Counted from the stretch's first letter, positions 1-10,543 are shown. The stretch is 64,000 nt of DNA from Promethearchaeia archaeon (GCA_029856125.1 JAHQWJ010000120.1:256758-320757), one strand, 5' to 3'. Notes: a model not told the origin generated them from the letters alone. Numbers and translations are program-made.

Positions 1-1751
1 TACATGAGAACTTCGTCTTCTAATTGTGGAGACTTTAATGCCATCGCTTTTATCTCCTTTCGAGCGCTCAAGTGCGTATCCTTACTGTGTGTATTCTCAC
101 TTTGTGTACTCTTACTTTTAGTATCCATTTTGAACAAGTCGTCTAGACTTCTCCCGCACGAAGAACAAGTAGAAGGTCGGTCAACGGTCTCTACCTTACA
201 GAAGGGACAGGTGAAAGAGGCGCTCCAGTAAGTAGTTTTCAGCACCTCTAATTCCCTTCTTACTCGGGCGATGGCGTTTGCAGTTCCGACCTCGGGCAAT
301 TCTTTCAGTTCTTTTAGTTCTTTTACTTTTTGCGATATATCAAGCGCAAGGCCGGCGCGCTCCATGTCCAGCAACATCGCGTAAGTGGGAGATTGGTTAG
401 CCCAAGCCATTTCGTTTTCTGGATTTAATTGCACCGCATCTTTGAAGTACTCAATCCCTTTCTTAAAGTTCCACACCTCGCCTTCAATGTATGCTAACCC
501 GAGTAAATTTAGCGCGTCTGAGGTTAAAAATGGATCGTTGCTTAACGATACTACTTTTTTCAAACACCGTCGTTGATGCATGTATTTACCATAATCTTTA
601 TACGCCATCGCAAGCGCAAACCACGATTCGGAGTCGTCGGGCATAAGGAACAACACTTTTTTCAGTAGCGGGATAGCATAGAAGTATTTACCGATTCCAC
701 TACTAAAAAACGCAAAATCTCTCAAGAAAGGCAACTTTAAGTCGTTTTTTTCGTAATAATCAATAATGAGATTATCCCGTTTGACGAATTCTCGAGATAT
801 ATGATACGCTTCTGCTAACCGTAGTTTCGCGATTGGTATTTTAGGATTAATTTCGAGAGCTTTTTCCAAATAAAGTATGGTTTTCTCAATATGATTTTGA
901 TTGAACATCGCTATCCCTAGCCCTACCCAATAAAACGCTTTCTGCGGAACGATTTCCGTCAGAATTTTCATGTATCGGAGTGCTTCTTGAGGTTTCCCCC
1001 GCTCGTTAAGGTCTCGCACACGCGCGATTAACAGTTCTTCGTTGTCAGGGAATTGTTCCATCGCCTTCTGGAAACATTCATCCGATTGTTCGTCGCCTTT
1101 AAAAGCGCGGAGCATTTTCGCTTTGGTTTTCCATTCGTTTACGGTCTTTGCTCTGAAATTCGCAATGTATTGTATAAAAGCTTCAAGTAATTGAGGTTGT
1201 GGGTTTGCCCCCGACGACTTTAGGTCTTGAATGTTAACAGTTTTAAAGCGATCAAAAAACTTTAACGATTCAAATTGCTCAGGAGTAAGGTAGAAAAGAT
1301 ACCCGCCAAGTAATAGACTCATCATTACGGGCAAGTATTCAGAATCGAACCTGCGAGCGATTTCTTCCGAAAAAACATTTTTTGCGAGTGGATCGCCAGC
1401 GTCGCAAAGCTTACGAAGTAACGGAAAGGAGATGTTTGAATGGAGCAAACCGGTGTTGTAATCGTTTTCATACCAGACTTGGAGGTTAGAACAGTGCCCC
1501 CAGAACTCTACTTCCGGAGGAATAAGCGGAACCGTTTCCGGAAGTAACAGCGATTCGTATTCCATCGATTTGTCTAAGTTATCGGATATTTCATCGATCG
1601 AGAGTAGATTTTCTATTCTCGTCATTTTTTCGATTGGAACGTTTAAAAGTAAGTATTTACAGTTTATAAAACGCTCACCGTTTACGTATATCATGGTTTC
1701 GTTTCGTTCCAGCTTAAGGGTTAAGAAATCGTTTACTTTAAAGGTGTGCAC
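1..1751 (-). CDS. TPR-repeat protein with Loki-type N-terminal domain and C-terminal zinc ribbon (3' end at the window edge; absent from the ORF track)
   Basis: Hand translation from GTG at 1751: MHTFKVNDFLTLKLERNETMIYVNGERFINCKYLLLN...EFWGHCSNLQVWYENDYNTGLLHSNISFPLLRKL, an N-terminal domain I recall from Lokiarchaeia LRR/TPR proteins. TPR-like helices follow, then CPFC...CSSCG near the end. The frame reads ...EDEVLM-TA at position 1, so the stop may lie just outside the window. Confidence 0.8.
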   Translation of the reverse strand, partial: MHTFKVNDFLTLKLERNETMIYVNGERFINCKYLLLNVPIEKMTRIENLLSIDEISDNLDKSMEYESLLLPETVPLIPPEVEFWGHCSNLQVWYENDYNTGLLHSNISFPLLRKLCDAGDPLAKNVFSEEIARRFDSEYLPVMMSLLLGGYLFYLTPEQFESLKFFDRFKTVNIQDLKSSGANPQPQLLEAFIQYIANFRAKTVNEWKTKAKMLRAFKGDEQSDECFQKAMEQFPDNEELLIARVRDLNERGKPQEALRYMKILTEIVPQKAFYWVGLGIAMFNQNHIEKTILYLEKALEINPKIPIAKLRLAEAYHISREFVKRDNLIIDYYEKNDLKLPFLRDFAFFSSGIGKYFYAIPLLKKVLFLMPDDSESWFALAMAYKDYGKYMHQRRCLKKVVSLSNDPFLTSDALNLLGLAYIEGEVWNFKKGIEYFKDAVQLNPENEMAWANQSPTYAMLLDMERAGLALDISQKVKELKELKELPEVGTANAIARVRRELEVLKTTYWSASFTCPFCKVETVDRPSTCSSCGRSLDDLFKMDTKSKSTQSENTHSKDTHLSARKEIKAMALKSPQLEDEVLM

Positions 1752-1899
1752 ACTGTTTACCTGTTTTTATTGTAATTGTTTGCGTACTTTATTTTTGTCT
1801 ACTATGTATTATTTGAATTACTTTATAAAAATATGCTACTTCACAATTTTCTAATTTGTAACTGAGCTTTCAAGGAGGAATAACAAAATTTGTAATTTT

Positions 1900-2145
1900 T
1901 TAAGCATTAAAGTTCAAATAAACGATTTTTACTATTAGCACAAAATCTATTCTGATTTGCTTTTCACAAAGAATCTTTGTCTTATGACAAAGTTTGCAGA
2001 AGGGATGGTAAATAGGCTGTATATCTCGTTCATTGCAAGCCAAGCAAATACTGGTTTCCCTATAACGCTTAATATCAATAAATACCTAATAAGAATATTT
2101 TTCAGGATCTAGTTGTTCAATATCGATGGATTCAAAATCAACCAT
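1900..2145 (-). pseudogene. Small zinc-finger protein interrupted by an in-frame TAG
   Basis: AGGATGA precedes ATG at 2145. Translation: MVDFESIDIEQLDPEKYSY*VFIDIKRYRETSICLACNERDIQPIYHPFCKLCHK... TAG at 2086-2088; CxxC...CxxC continues in frame after it; TAA at 1900-1902. Confidence 0.5.
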
Positions 2146-2213
2146 TTTAAAATCATCCTATTTAGTCAACATAACTAAAAATATTAGTAGATTCAATAAA
2201 TAAAAATAAGATC

Positions 2214-2846
2214 TTATTTAGGTTTATAATTGAGGGTAATTTCTGTTAAAAATGACAGGACTTCTCGGTTAACATCTTTTTTCGAAGAATTTTCTTTTTT
2301 AAAAGCCTTGTATTCTTCCCTCGTAACTTTTTTTCTTGACATTTTTTTCTTCATTATACTATCGTTAGCCATTAATTCAATCTTTTGATTTCTTAAGTAA
2401 AAGAAGTATTCTTCAGCGACTATCCTGATTCTCCTTAAACTTTTTTCGTAGCCCTCTAATTGACTTTTATAATAATTGAAAGTAATCAAACGAGTATTGA
2501 TGTCTATTTCCTTTCTTTTGAATGACTTATTCAATTCAGATATGTAATTTTTTATATTTTGGATTTGAGAATTGATTTCAAAGAAATTGTATGGCTCCCT
2601 GATTTGGGGATTGACTTTTTTAAGTTTCAGTTTTACTTCATTAGACATAAATTTTAACGCTTTAAACTGCGTGGAAGCTTCCTCTTCAGTGCTTCGCTTA
2701 ACCCTTTTTTTCAGTTCCTTTAACTTTATCTTAATCTCATTTTGCTGCTTTTTTAGTTTGTATAACTCGAACAATAAATCGAGCTGGTTAAAATACTCTT
2801 CATCTGACAATATTTCTGTGCTTGGAAAGGTTTTATTCTCAATCAT
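2214..2846 (-). CDS. Hypothetical basic coiled-coil protein
   Basis: 210-aa ORF, K/E-rich heptad-like helices; AGGTGA Shine-Dalgarno upstream of ATG. Confidence 0.75.
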   Translation of the reverse strand: MIENKTFPSTEILSDEEYFNQLDLLFELYKLKKQQNEIKIKLKELKKRVKRSTEEEASTQFKALKFMSNEVKLKLKKVNPQIREPYNFFEINSQIQNIKNYISELNKSFKRKEIDINTRLITFNYYKSQLEGYEKSLRRIRIVAEEYFFYLRNQKIELMANDSIMKKKMSRKKVTREEYKAFKKENSSKKDVNREVLSFLTEITLNYKPK

Positions 2847-2924
2847 AAAATCACCTACTTTTTTTCTTAATAAATTTGATGTAATTTCAGCTTATTTAAA
2901 TAAAAAAAATAAAAATTTTGATGT

Positions 2925-5900
2925 TTAATCCTCCTCACTACTAAAAATATCGTTAAAAGGATTACCTTTGCCTTTATTTCCAGTATTTTTGATCTCTAAT
3001 TCCACTTTCATTGGTGAATGTTTTCTTTTCCGCCTGAAAATGGCACTAATAATCCTAAAAACAATATATCCTAATACACCATAAAACACAAATGGAATTA
3101 AAAGACTTATTATGAACACAAGAATTGTGTTTGGAGTTGGAGGATTATCGGGATCAGGTGTCGGCTCAGGGTCAGGTATGGGTTCTTCTGAAGAACTAAT
3201 CGTGTGTTGGTAGAGCGATATTCCATTGGGGTGGTATTCATCGATAAGAACAATATCAAAGTAATATTTAAAATCCTTATCAGGTTCGAAATATAACGTA
3301 AAACGAGAATGGTCAAAATTATCGACTCTATCAAACAGTTGAGAATCAAAATATATATCGTTTTTGTAAATTTTTGTTTGAACTCTAGAGTTTTCAGCTG
3401 GATTGAGCCCCGACGCAAATTCGTACGAGACATTAAATTCAAAGTTTACAGAATTGTTGTTAGTTGTAACTTTCAGACCGTTACTATGAAAATTGTAAGA
3501 TGTCAGAAAACTTATAGAACACTGTCCTATTTCCTTTATGTAATCGTAAACACGAATAATTCCTTCGACTTTAGGGTAATTTAATGCCCTTTCTGGAACA
3601 AGAAAATTCACATAATAGTTAGACTCTGTCTGTTTTTCAAGGTTTAAAACGCCTAGTTGAGGACTTTCAAAAAAAATTGATACTTGGTTTCCAAAATCCG
3701 TTAAAATTATGTTCCTAAAGGAAGCTGTAATGCTATTTACTTGCCCTAATAAAATTTCTTGATTATACTCACAATTAACTTGTAGATCGTCATTAAGAGC
3801 CATATCAACCACTCGGAAGAAATTTGCCTGCTCGATTCGGGAAGTATTAGGATCGGAATAATATTCGTTGAACTCACTGGAGTATAGATCCTGAACAAGA
3901 GCGTTTGTATAAGAATAATTAAACACGATTTGGAGATCTAGGATTTCTGATAGCTTATAATGATAATAGAGAATTTTTAAGCTTGATGTATCAATGTTTT
4001 GGTAAATAAAATTCCTTATTTTTTGACTGTTTAAATCGAATAATCCAAGTTCTTTTAGTAAATACGCCATATAGTAGGTATTTTCTGTCAATGACTCAAT
4101 ATCAGAACAATACTGAGGGTTAAAATGGATAACTGTGTCGGATTCGTATACATTACTTTTAACATACTGATAGAGAGCTGTTTTGTTAAATGAAAGTGAT
4201 TCTATATCTCCTAAATCTAGGTGATCAGCAAGGAGATTTAGTAATTTAATCGCGTAAAAACTGTTTTCAAAAGTGATATATCCTGTTTGGTATTGTTGAG
4301 GTATTGAAGTAGGAAAAGGAAGGAATGCTCCGTGAAATTCGTTCCCAATTGATTGAAATTGAGAATTTAATACGGCGTTAAGCTCTTCACGTAAATCGTA
4401 TAGGACCCCAAGGTCGTTTAATTTAAAAATTCTTTTTAGGCTATTTAGTGTCATATAGGTGGTTTTGTGACTTCTTAAGAAATTTAGGTTATTTGTTTCG
4501 TTCAAATTGCCATATTTATAGTATTCTATAGGGTAGGATCTGAATCCAATAATATTTTGATCCATACCAGTACTCGCATATATTAGAATGTGTCCTCTTA
4601 AAGGATTGAATATACAAGCTTGTTTTATAAGTTCGTACAACCCTGATATATCTAATTCGCCAATTCTTCCTTTTTGATAAAATGAATTCACTACAGAGTT
4701 AATTGTTTCCATAGACATATAATCGGCAGAAAGGAGCGAATAACCTCGTTCTTGTTTGTAAAAAGATAGTGAATTCGCTATTTCTTCCTTTTCTTGTTCG
4801 GTTAACTGTGAAATTTCACCAATTTCTTTTAAACTTCGGACTATTTGGAAGGTGTCAATTAATTCATGATATTTGTACACCGTGGAACGATCCCAATTAC
4901 CCAAAGTGTTTCTGTTGTTCATTACGAATTGAAGGGTTTCAGATCGACTAAAATTGGAAAACCCTGTAATATCTGACATTTCAAGCCCTATAGGTGTCGC
5001 AACTATATCTAAAGCGTTGGAGATATCGTTCACTTGAAACTTAAACTCCTGTTCGTCGTAGATCACATTGAGAAATGTGTGAAATTCGTGTGTTCTCACA
5101 GTATCAACTAAATTTAGCATCTGTAAACTCTTTACAGCGTAATAGGAGGATATAAGATTCGGTTCGAATAATGGTGAGCCAAGAGTATCTAAGGTGAGAT
5201 CGTTATCGTTAAGAAAGCTCCCAAAAAACCAATCGTATCCGTTGATAGTTTGCAATGAATTAATAAATGGCACTAATCTGTTTAGATAAAAACCATAACC
5301 CGCCCAGTCATCGATAAAGAGATTTAAAGTACTCAATGCAAAATAAGTGTTATCCAATGTAGCAACCTTAAATTCACTCACTAATCCGTCATCATAAGGT
5401 TGTCCTATAAAACCATTCTCTTCTCCTTCAGGATTAAAACAATTCCAGATAAAATTAATATTTTCTTGTGGATCTACTAAATCCAATCTATTTAAAATAT
5501 CTAAAGATAAGACCGCATAACAATGGATTTCGAGCATTGAGCTTAAAGGATAATACATCTGAGGGAAGTTCATGTTTAGATACCGATGCGTATTCTTGTC
5601 TATAAATATGTGTAAATCCTCAGAATAGTGATCCAAGATGTAATCTATTATTTTGGTCTGATTTATATTACCTAACTTTCCGAGTGCTTCAAGAATATAA
5701 AGCCCATAGTATGTTGCCTGTAAAGAAGGCTCATAAATCTGTGGAAAATATCCGAGATTGTCGTAATCGTTGATTTTTCTTCCGAAAATTGCTTCAATGT
5801 CATCTCCATTGTCATTAGACGAGGTATTTGGGATTATTTTTCTTATATCATCAGCATTTACCTCAATATATCCTCGCTCGATAGTATCAAACTTATTCTC

Positions 5901-6038
5901 AATCAATGAAAAGTGGGGTATCGAAAAGGTACCAATGAAAAAAACTACTATAATAATTGTTTTTACTATTTTTTGTGTAATTTTTAAATCGCTTCCTATG
6001 GGTGTAATTATTAATTTAGAAATACAATTCACCCTCAT
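2925..6038 (-). CDS. Membrane-anchored secreted protein with prenyltransferase/squalene-cyclase-like alpha-alpha repeats
   Basis: N-terminal hydrophobic segment. Repeated 'TYYGLYILEALG / TYFALSTL / SYYAVKSL / SFYAIKLL' motifs. Pro-rich linker PIPDPEPTPDPDNPPTP, C-terminal TM helix, then RRKRK. Confidence 0.75.
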   Translation of the reverse strand: MRVNCISKLIITPIGSDLKITQKIVKTIIIVVFFIGTFSIPHFSLIENKFDTIERGYIEVNADDIRKIIPNTSSNDNGDDIEAIFGRKINDYDNLGYFPQIYEPSLQATYYGLYILEALGKLGNINQTKIIDYILDHYSEDLHIFIDKNTHRYLNMNFPQMYYPLSSMLEIHCYAVLSLDILNRLDLVDPQENINFIWNCFNPEGEENGFIGQPYDDGLVSEFKVATLDNTYFALSTLNLFIDDWAGYGFYLNRLVPFINSLQTINGYDWFFGSFLNDNDLTLDTLGSPLFEPNLISSYYAVKSLQMLNLVDTVRTHEFHTFLNVIYDEQEFKFQVNDISNALDIVATPIGLEMSDITGFSNFSRSETLQFVMNNRNTLGNWDRSTVYKYHELIDTFQIVRSLKEIGEISQLTEQEKEEIANSLSFYKQERGYSLLSADYMSMETINSVVNSFYQKGRIGELDISGLYELIKQACIFNPLRGHILIYASTGMDQNIIGFRSYPIEYYKYGNLNETNNLNFLRSHKTTYMTLNSLKRIFKLNDLGVLYDLREELNAVLNSQFQSIGNEFHGAFLPFPTSIPQQYQTGYITFENSFYAIKLLNLLADHLDLGDIESLSFNKTALYQYVKSNVYESDTVIHFNPQYCSDIESLTENTYYMAYLLKELGLFDLNSQKIRNFIYQNIDTSSLKILYYHYKLSEILDLQIVFNYSYTNALVQDLYSSEFNEYYSDPNTSRIEQANFFRVVDMALNDDLQVNCEYNQEILLGQVNSITASFRNIILTDFGNQVSIFFESPQLGVLNLEKQTESNYYVNFLVPERALNYPKVEGIIRVYDYIKEIGQCSISFLTSYNFHSNGLKVTTNNNSVNFEFNVSYEFASGLNPAENSRVQTKIYKNDIYFDSQLFDRVDNFDHSRFTLYFEPDKDFKYYFDIVLIDEYHPNGISLYQHTISSSEEPIPDPEPTPDPDNPPTPNTILVFIISLLIPFVFYGVLGYIVFRIISAIFRRKRKHSPMKVELEIKNTGNKGKGNPFNDIFSSEED

Positions 6039-6212
6039 ATTTAAACAAAAAATGTGGATTATTAAAAAATTCCCGAAGTAAACTACCCAAAATCTGTTTT
6101 TGCTTCTCTATCTCATTTTTTCCTTTATAAAGAATAATTAATTAATCCCCAGTAAATCTTGATTTAACACTAAAGTCCGAGATATTATAAGTTTATTTAA
6201 AGTGATAAAAGA

Positions 6213-9200
6213 GTGGTTGAAAATAAAATTAGAAAGATTGAAAGAAAGGAAACTTTAGTATGTGAAACATGCAATAATACAATTCCAAAAGAGATTCTTG
6301 AAAAAAGTGTAGAGGGAGTAAAAAATCTCTATTGCCAATATTGTGGTGTGTCATTAAATCTCTTTCCCGATCCAATCGATAATATTGTATCTGGCGAGAG
6401 TCCTATTATCTCCCCTAATACCCAAAAAGAGTCGAACTTGACAAAAATTAAGCAAATTAGCCAAAAAAGCGATTTAACTTTGAGTTACTCAAATATAAGG
6501 AACGCTCTACGAAGTTATATTTATCAGCTGATTTATCAATTGTTAACAAACACTCCTGTAACCCTTAAAAAAATGGAGAATAAAAAAGAATTGAAATCTT
6601 CGCATATTAATATAATACTCAAAAAACTTTGGAACGAATTAAAAGACTTGAATCGAAATGATTTAGCTAATCAAGAATTGGTAAGCTCAAGACGAAGAAT
6701 TAGGAATTATTTTGAAGAATTTCAATCATCGCTGCGACCTTATAAAAAATTTCGAAAGGTTAATTTTGCTCTTTTTGCAGAAAACATCGAATTCGTTTTC
6801 GGGTTAATTTTAGGTGATTACGAATTCTCGAACCTTGCAACCTCTAAAAAACGGATAGTACTCAATTTAAAAAAGAGTTTTGGATTTAAATCAGATACGG
6901 CAACAACGAATTCGTTTACTTACAACATCTCGTTAATCGTTAGTAAAAAGATTCGCAGCATACTTAGTCAATATCACATTACAGAGGGGAACGATAATAA
7001 ATTAGCATTAGATGAAATAATTGGTCATGTTATTGATTATATAGTCACTAATAAGGATAACTTATCTGATTTAAGTGAATTCAACAACTCCAAAAAGAAA
7101 AAGTTTCATAAAACACTGGAAATATTAATCGCCAATTTAAAAACTGACTGGATTTATCGCAAGAGCTTTGAAGATCACATCTATAGATTAATTATAGTCG
7201 TCAATTCCTTAATGAGCGATGCTGATTATTCTTCCAACCTTATTGGATTTGAGCGGCTTATCAGCCAAGGATTAACACAATCAGCTCTCTTTGAAAAAGA
7301 CCAGGATTTCTCTCCTCATTTTAAACTAAATTTAACTCTGATATTGTGTCGAATTATATACATAAAAATAAAGAATTCCCCTAGTATAACCAAATTAAGC
7401 TCTCAACCCGTAAATTTGAGCATTACGGAAGAAAATGAAATTAGAAATTCAATTTTAGATGAAATTACAGCAGGTAAAAAAATCAACTCTCAATTATTGA
7501 AGAAGTTTTATAAGTTCTCGCTAGAAAAATTTCAAACTTATTATGAAAAATTACAATTAAAATTATCTTCGGATTTGATATATGTGGAGAGCTTTCGTAA
7601 TTACCTTAGTGACCTTGTAAAACTCGTGTTTACTATCGTACATTCAATTTCAAAAAAATCACATCTTACTCAACTCGAACTTGCTGTGGTAAAAGACTTA
7701 GCAAACTATAATTTTGAATGGTTTTATAAAAAACCAGAGAGGACCTATTTCTATTATTTAAATTCAACTAATCATTCTAATGAAGATGAGAAATCTATTA
7801 ATCTAACTTTGAATAATCAACACCTTGATAATTCCTCGGAAGAAAAGCATGTCAACCGAATTCTTAAACTTGCAAAAGAGCTAGTGGATAAAATGCAGCA
7901 ACAGCAAAATGAGAATCTTAAAGAATTAGGATATGACGGGAGCATACCTTTAAAAGAGTTTGTCTTATACGATAAAGATATAGCTAGACTTCTTCAGAAG
8001 GGCATTATCAAGGATATAGACGATTTAATCGGCATTAAGGGAATGCTTCGATATGGCTTCGTAGGTTTTACTTATAGGGCAATCGACAGAAAAACAATGT
8101 TCTTTCAAAGTGGTTTATCGTTCGTCCCCCATCCTAATCGACTTAATTATTATCTTCGTGACTGTGTTTTCAAGCCTAAGAAATACCAATTTAAAAAAAC
8201 GGGTACTAATCAAATATATGGTTGGATAGCTAAGGCAATCGATAGAGAATGCGGTTTAGCGTCATTTAGGAAGGAAATTGCTGAAGGAAAAATTGGATCT
8301 TTATATAAGGCATTAAATAAAATGTTTAAATTTGAGATTACTGGAGTCTTTTGGGGCGAAAAGTCAGTAAGAAATGCTGAGGACGAGCAAATTGCTGTTA
8401 CTTTATTAAACACTGATCGCAAAGGATTAATAAGGTTACTTAGCCGAACGGGTATAGGATACGATATTCTTAATCCTTCCTCTTTAAACATGAAGAAAAT
8501 AACCGAAATTAGGCGGAAATACGGAATCTCTAAAAGTATGATTGGAATGGGGTTAAATGATCCATTATCTTCAGGACACGGCGGTTATCCCAAGTATATA
8601 AAAAGTTATATTTGGAGGTGTGGTTATTACACAGCGCTTGGTATGTTACAGACTCAAATGCACGAAGAAATGAAGAAAAATGGTTTTTATAAAAAATCAC
8701 TTCCAGCCTTTAGGTGGGAATATGCGAGGTGGTTTGGGAACCTTAAGCAAGGCAGAGAATTGTTCTTCGAACCTATACTTGAAGGTTTAAAGGAATTGTA
8801 TGGTTATTCCGAAAGTGACCTTAATAGATTATTCCCACTTGCTAAGAAATTTGATAAAGAGCTGTTCATTCATTTGACTGAAGAGAACTATGAATTACTT
8901 GAAATTGCAGAGAAGATGGGTCACAATGCTGATCATCTAGGAGATCTGGCTAAAGATTTAATTCCTCAAGAATACGATTTTATAGAACAATATAAATTTA
9001 CAAGTAATAAAAAGCAGAGGTCGTTTGAAGATTTACAATATTATTTGGTAGCTCAGAAAATATTACGCTATTATTTGGAAGACAAATCAAGAGGTGAAAT
9101 TATAACGAGTTTTGATGGTGGAATATCTAATGATAATTTCAGAGAAGTTCTTAAAAGAGTTTTACATACTCAAAAATATTCTGAACTTCGAAATGTTGCT

Positions 9201-9566
9201 GAAGAACCCCTGCTAAGGCTTCTAATTTTAGATATTAATCCTTCACAAGTATCTGACATTGTAGACGATAGTAGATGTTGGATGTCGAAGTTTACGATGT
9301 ATAAGAAGTTAAAAATTTACTATAAAAACAACCCATTAGTTCAGCGATTACTTTCTAGGAAGAATCTCAATTCTTTAGAAATGGCAAGAGCAGCTATAGT
9401 CGGGACAGAATTAGAGAAATATTATAAGCTGGGACTCTCGGACAAGCTTATATTAAGGAAACTCAATAATAAGTACACTTTAACCGAAATAAGAGACTTG
9501 ACTATATTGATTTGGGGTCGTGATCCCGATTCCGTGAGGTTAATGCTCCATATTGGTGTGTTGTAA
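6213..9566 (+). CDS. Large protein: N-terminal zinc ribbon, helical repeats, putative degenerate GIY-YIG nuclease domain
   Basis: 1117 aa. CETC...CQYCG at the N-terminus. Segment GFTY...QSG...NR...FKFEI...NAEDEQI...GLN follows GIY-YIG motif order. Confidence 0.7.
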   Translation: MVENKIRKIERKETLVCETCNNTIPKEILEKSVEGVKNLYCQYCGVSLNLFPDPIDNIVSGESPIISPNTQKESNLTKIKQISQKSDLTLSYSNIRNALRSYIYQLIYQLLTNTPVTLKKMENKKELKSSHINIILKKLWNELKDLNRNDLANQELVSSRRRIRNYFEEFQSSLRPYKKFRKVNFALFAENIEFVFGLILGDYEFSNLATSKKRIVLNLKKSFGFKSDTATTNSFTYNISLIVSKKIRSILSQYHITEGNDNKLALDEIIGHVIDYIVTNKDNLSDLSEFNNSKKKKFHKTLEILIANLKTDWIYRKSFEDHIYRLIIVVNSLMSDADYSSNLIGFERLISQGLTQSALFEKDQDFSPHFKLNLTLILCRIIYIKIKNSPSITKLSSQPVNLSITEENEIRNSILDEITAGKKINSQLLKKFYKFSLEKFQTYYEKLQLKLSSDLIYVESFRNYLSDLVKLVFTIVHSISKKSHLTQLELAVVKDLANYNFEWFYKKPERTYFYYLNSTNHSNEDEKSINLTLNNQHLDNSSEEKHVNRILKLAKELVDKMQQQQNENLKELGYDGSIPLKEFVLYDKDIARLLQKGIIKDIDDLIGIKGMLRYGFVGFTYRAIDRKTMFFQSGLSFVPHPNRLNYYLRDCVFKPKKYQFKKTGTNQIYGWIAKAIDRECGLASFRKEIAEGKIGSLYKALNKMFKFEITGVFWGEKSVRNAEDEQIAVTLLNTDRKGLIRLLSRTGIGYDILNPSSLNMKKITEIRRKYGISKSMIGMGLNDPLSSGHGGYPKYIKSYIWRCGYYTALGMLQTQMHEEMKKNGFYKKSLPAFRWEYARWFGNLKQGRELFFEPILEGLKELYGYSESDLNRLFPLAKKFDKELFIHLTEENYELLEIAEKMGHNADHLGDLAKDLIPQEYDFIEQYKFTSNKKQRSFEDLQYYLVAQKILRYYLEDKSRGEIITSFDGGISNDNFREVLKRVLHTQKYSELRNVAEEPLLRLLILDINPSQVSDIVDDSRCWMSKFTMYKKLKIYYKNNPLVQRLLSRKNLNSLEMARAAIVGTELEKYYKLGLSDKLILRKLNNKYTLTEIRDLTILIWGRDPDSVRLMLHIGVL

Positions 9567-9736
9567 GGAATATAAATATCGCAATATCATTGTTAAATAA
9601 CAGTTTTCCATGTAAATTAAGTTTTACATGAGTTAAAAGCGAGAATTCTACTCTTATTTAATCATGTGTTTCTCTGTTTTTACTGGAAACGAAGCAAAAG
9701 TTTGAGCTTTTTATAGTTTTAACGTAAAAAACTATC

Positions 9737-10543
9737 ATGGGAATTCACGATCACTCGGCAATAGTATCAAAAATAAAACGAGCACCTGAGAAAGCGAATA
9801 TTCACAATCTCTTTATCTTTAACAAATCTGGAATATGTATCTATGGTTTAAATCTCACAAATCTTTACCCTATAGAGCAAGAACAGCTTATCTCTTCTTA
9901 CTTTACAGCTCTAATGTCATTCACAAAAGAATTGATTGGAGAAAAAATTAAAACCTTAGAAATTAGCGGTGGAATTAAATTGGTAGTATTTGAAAAAAAA
10001 TCATTATTTTACAGTATTCTTTGTAGTACAATTGAAAATTTAGAGTTTCTTGAAGATTTAATTTCTAAAATTGAATCGCAATTTATGAATTATGTTAATA
10101 AAAATAACATAAAAATGGATTTAGAATATGTTTACGACGAGCATTTAAACTATCTCATAGAGGATATTATCAAGGAGCCTTTTACCAACGAATTCGATAT
10201 TGTTAAACAAAAAGAGGTAATAAATTTCCTTATCGATTTTAAGTCAAACGACGATATTAAAGGTGTTATTCTTTTAACTCATAGAGGAAATGTAATTTAC
10301 TCATCAATAAATAACATTATGTTGAAACCATTCCTAAAAGAAGTGGATTTTAGGGTGAAAATATCGAATAATTCTATTTTAAAATTATTTTATACTTCTA
10401 AAAACAAGGAGTTAATTTTTTCTGAAAATATTAACGATCTGTTTATAGTTATTCTTATTTTTGAAAGTAAAATTAAATTTGGAATAGCTGAGTTTTATTT
10501 ACAGAAAGTTGTAAGAAAAATTAAGAACTTAATTGGACTGTAA
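9737..10543 (+). CDS. Longin + roadblock-like domain protein
   Basis: HNLFIFNKSGICIY...QLISSYFTALMSFTKEL is longin-like; DIKGVILLTHRGNVIYS is a roadblock/profilin-fold-like second domain. Confidence 0.7.
   Translation: MGIHDHSAIVSKIKRAPEKANIHNLFIFNKSGICIYGLNLTNLYPIEQEQLISSYFTALMSFTKELIGEKIKTLEISGGIKLVVFEKKSLFYSILCSTIENLEFLEDLISKIESQFMNYVNKNNIKMDLEYVYDEHLNYLIEDIIKEPFTNEFDIVKQKEVINFLIDFKSNDDIKGVILLTHRGNVIYSSINNIMLKPFLKEVDFRVKISNNSILKLFYTSKNKELIFSENINDLFIVILIFESKIKFGIAEFYLQKVVRKIKNLIGL

Noticed and set aside
4-1854. + strand track ORFs 4-231, 385-576 and 1570-1854
   Set aside because: They are antisense shadows of the long minus-strand TPR gene.
9609-9630. Inverted repeat CATGTAAA-N6-TTTACATG
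   Set aside because: Single AT-rich occurrence; no regulator can be linked to it.
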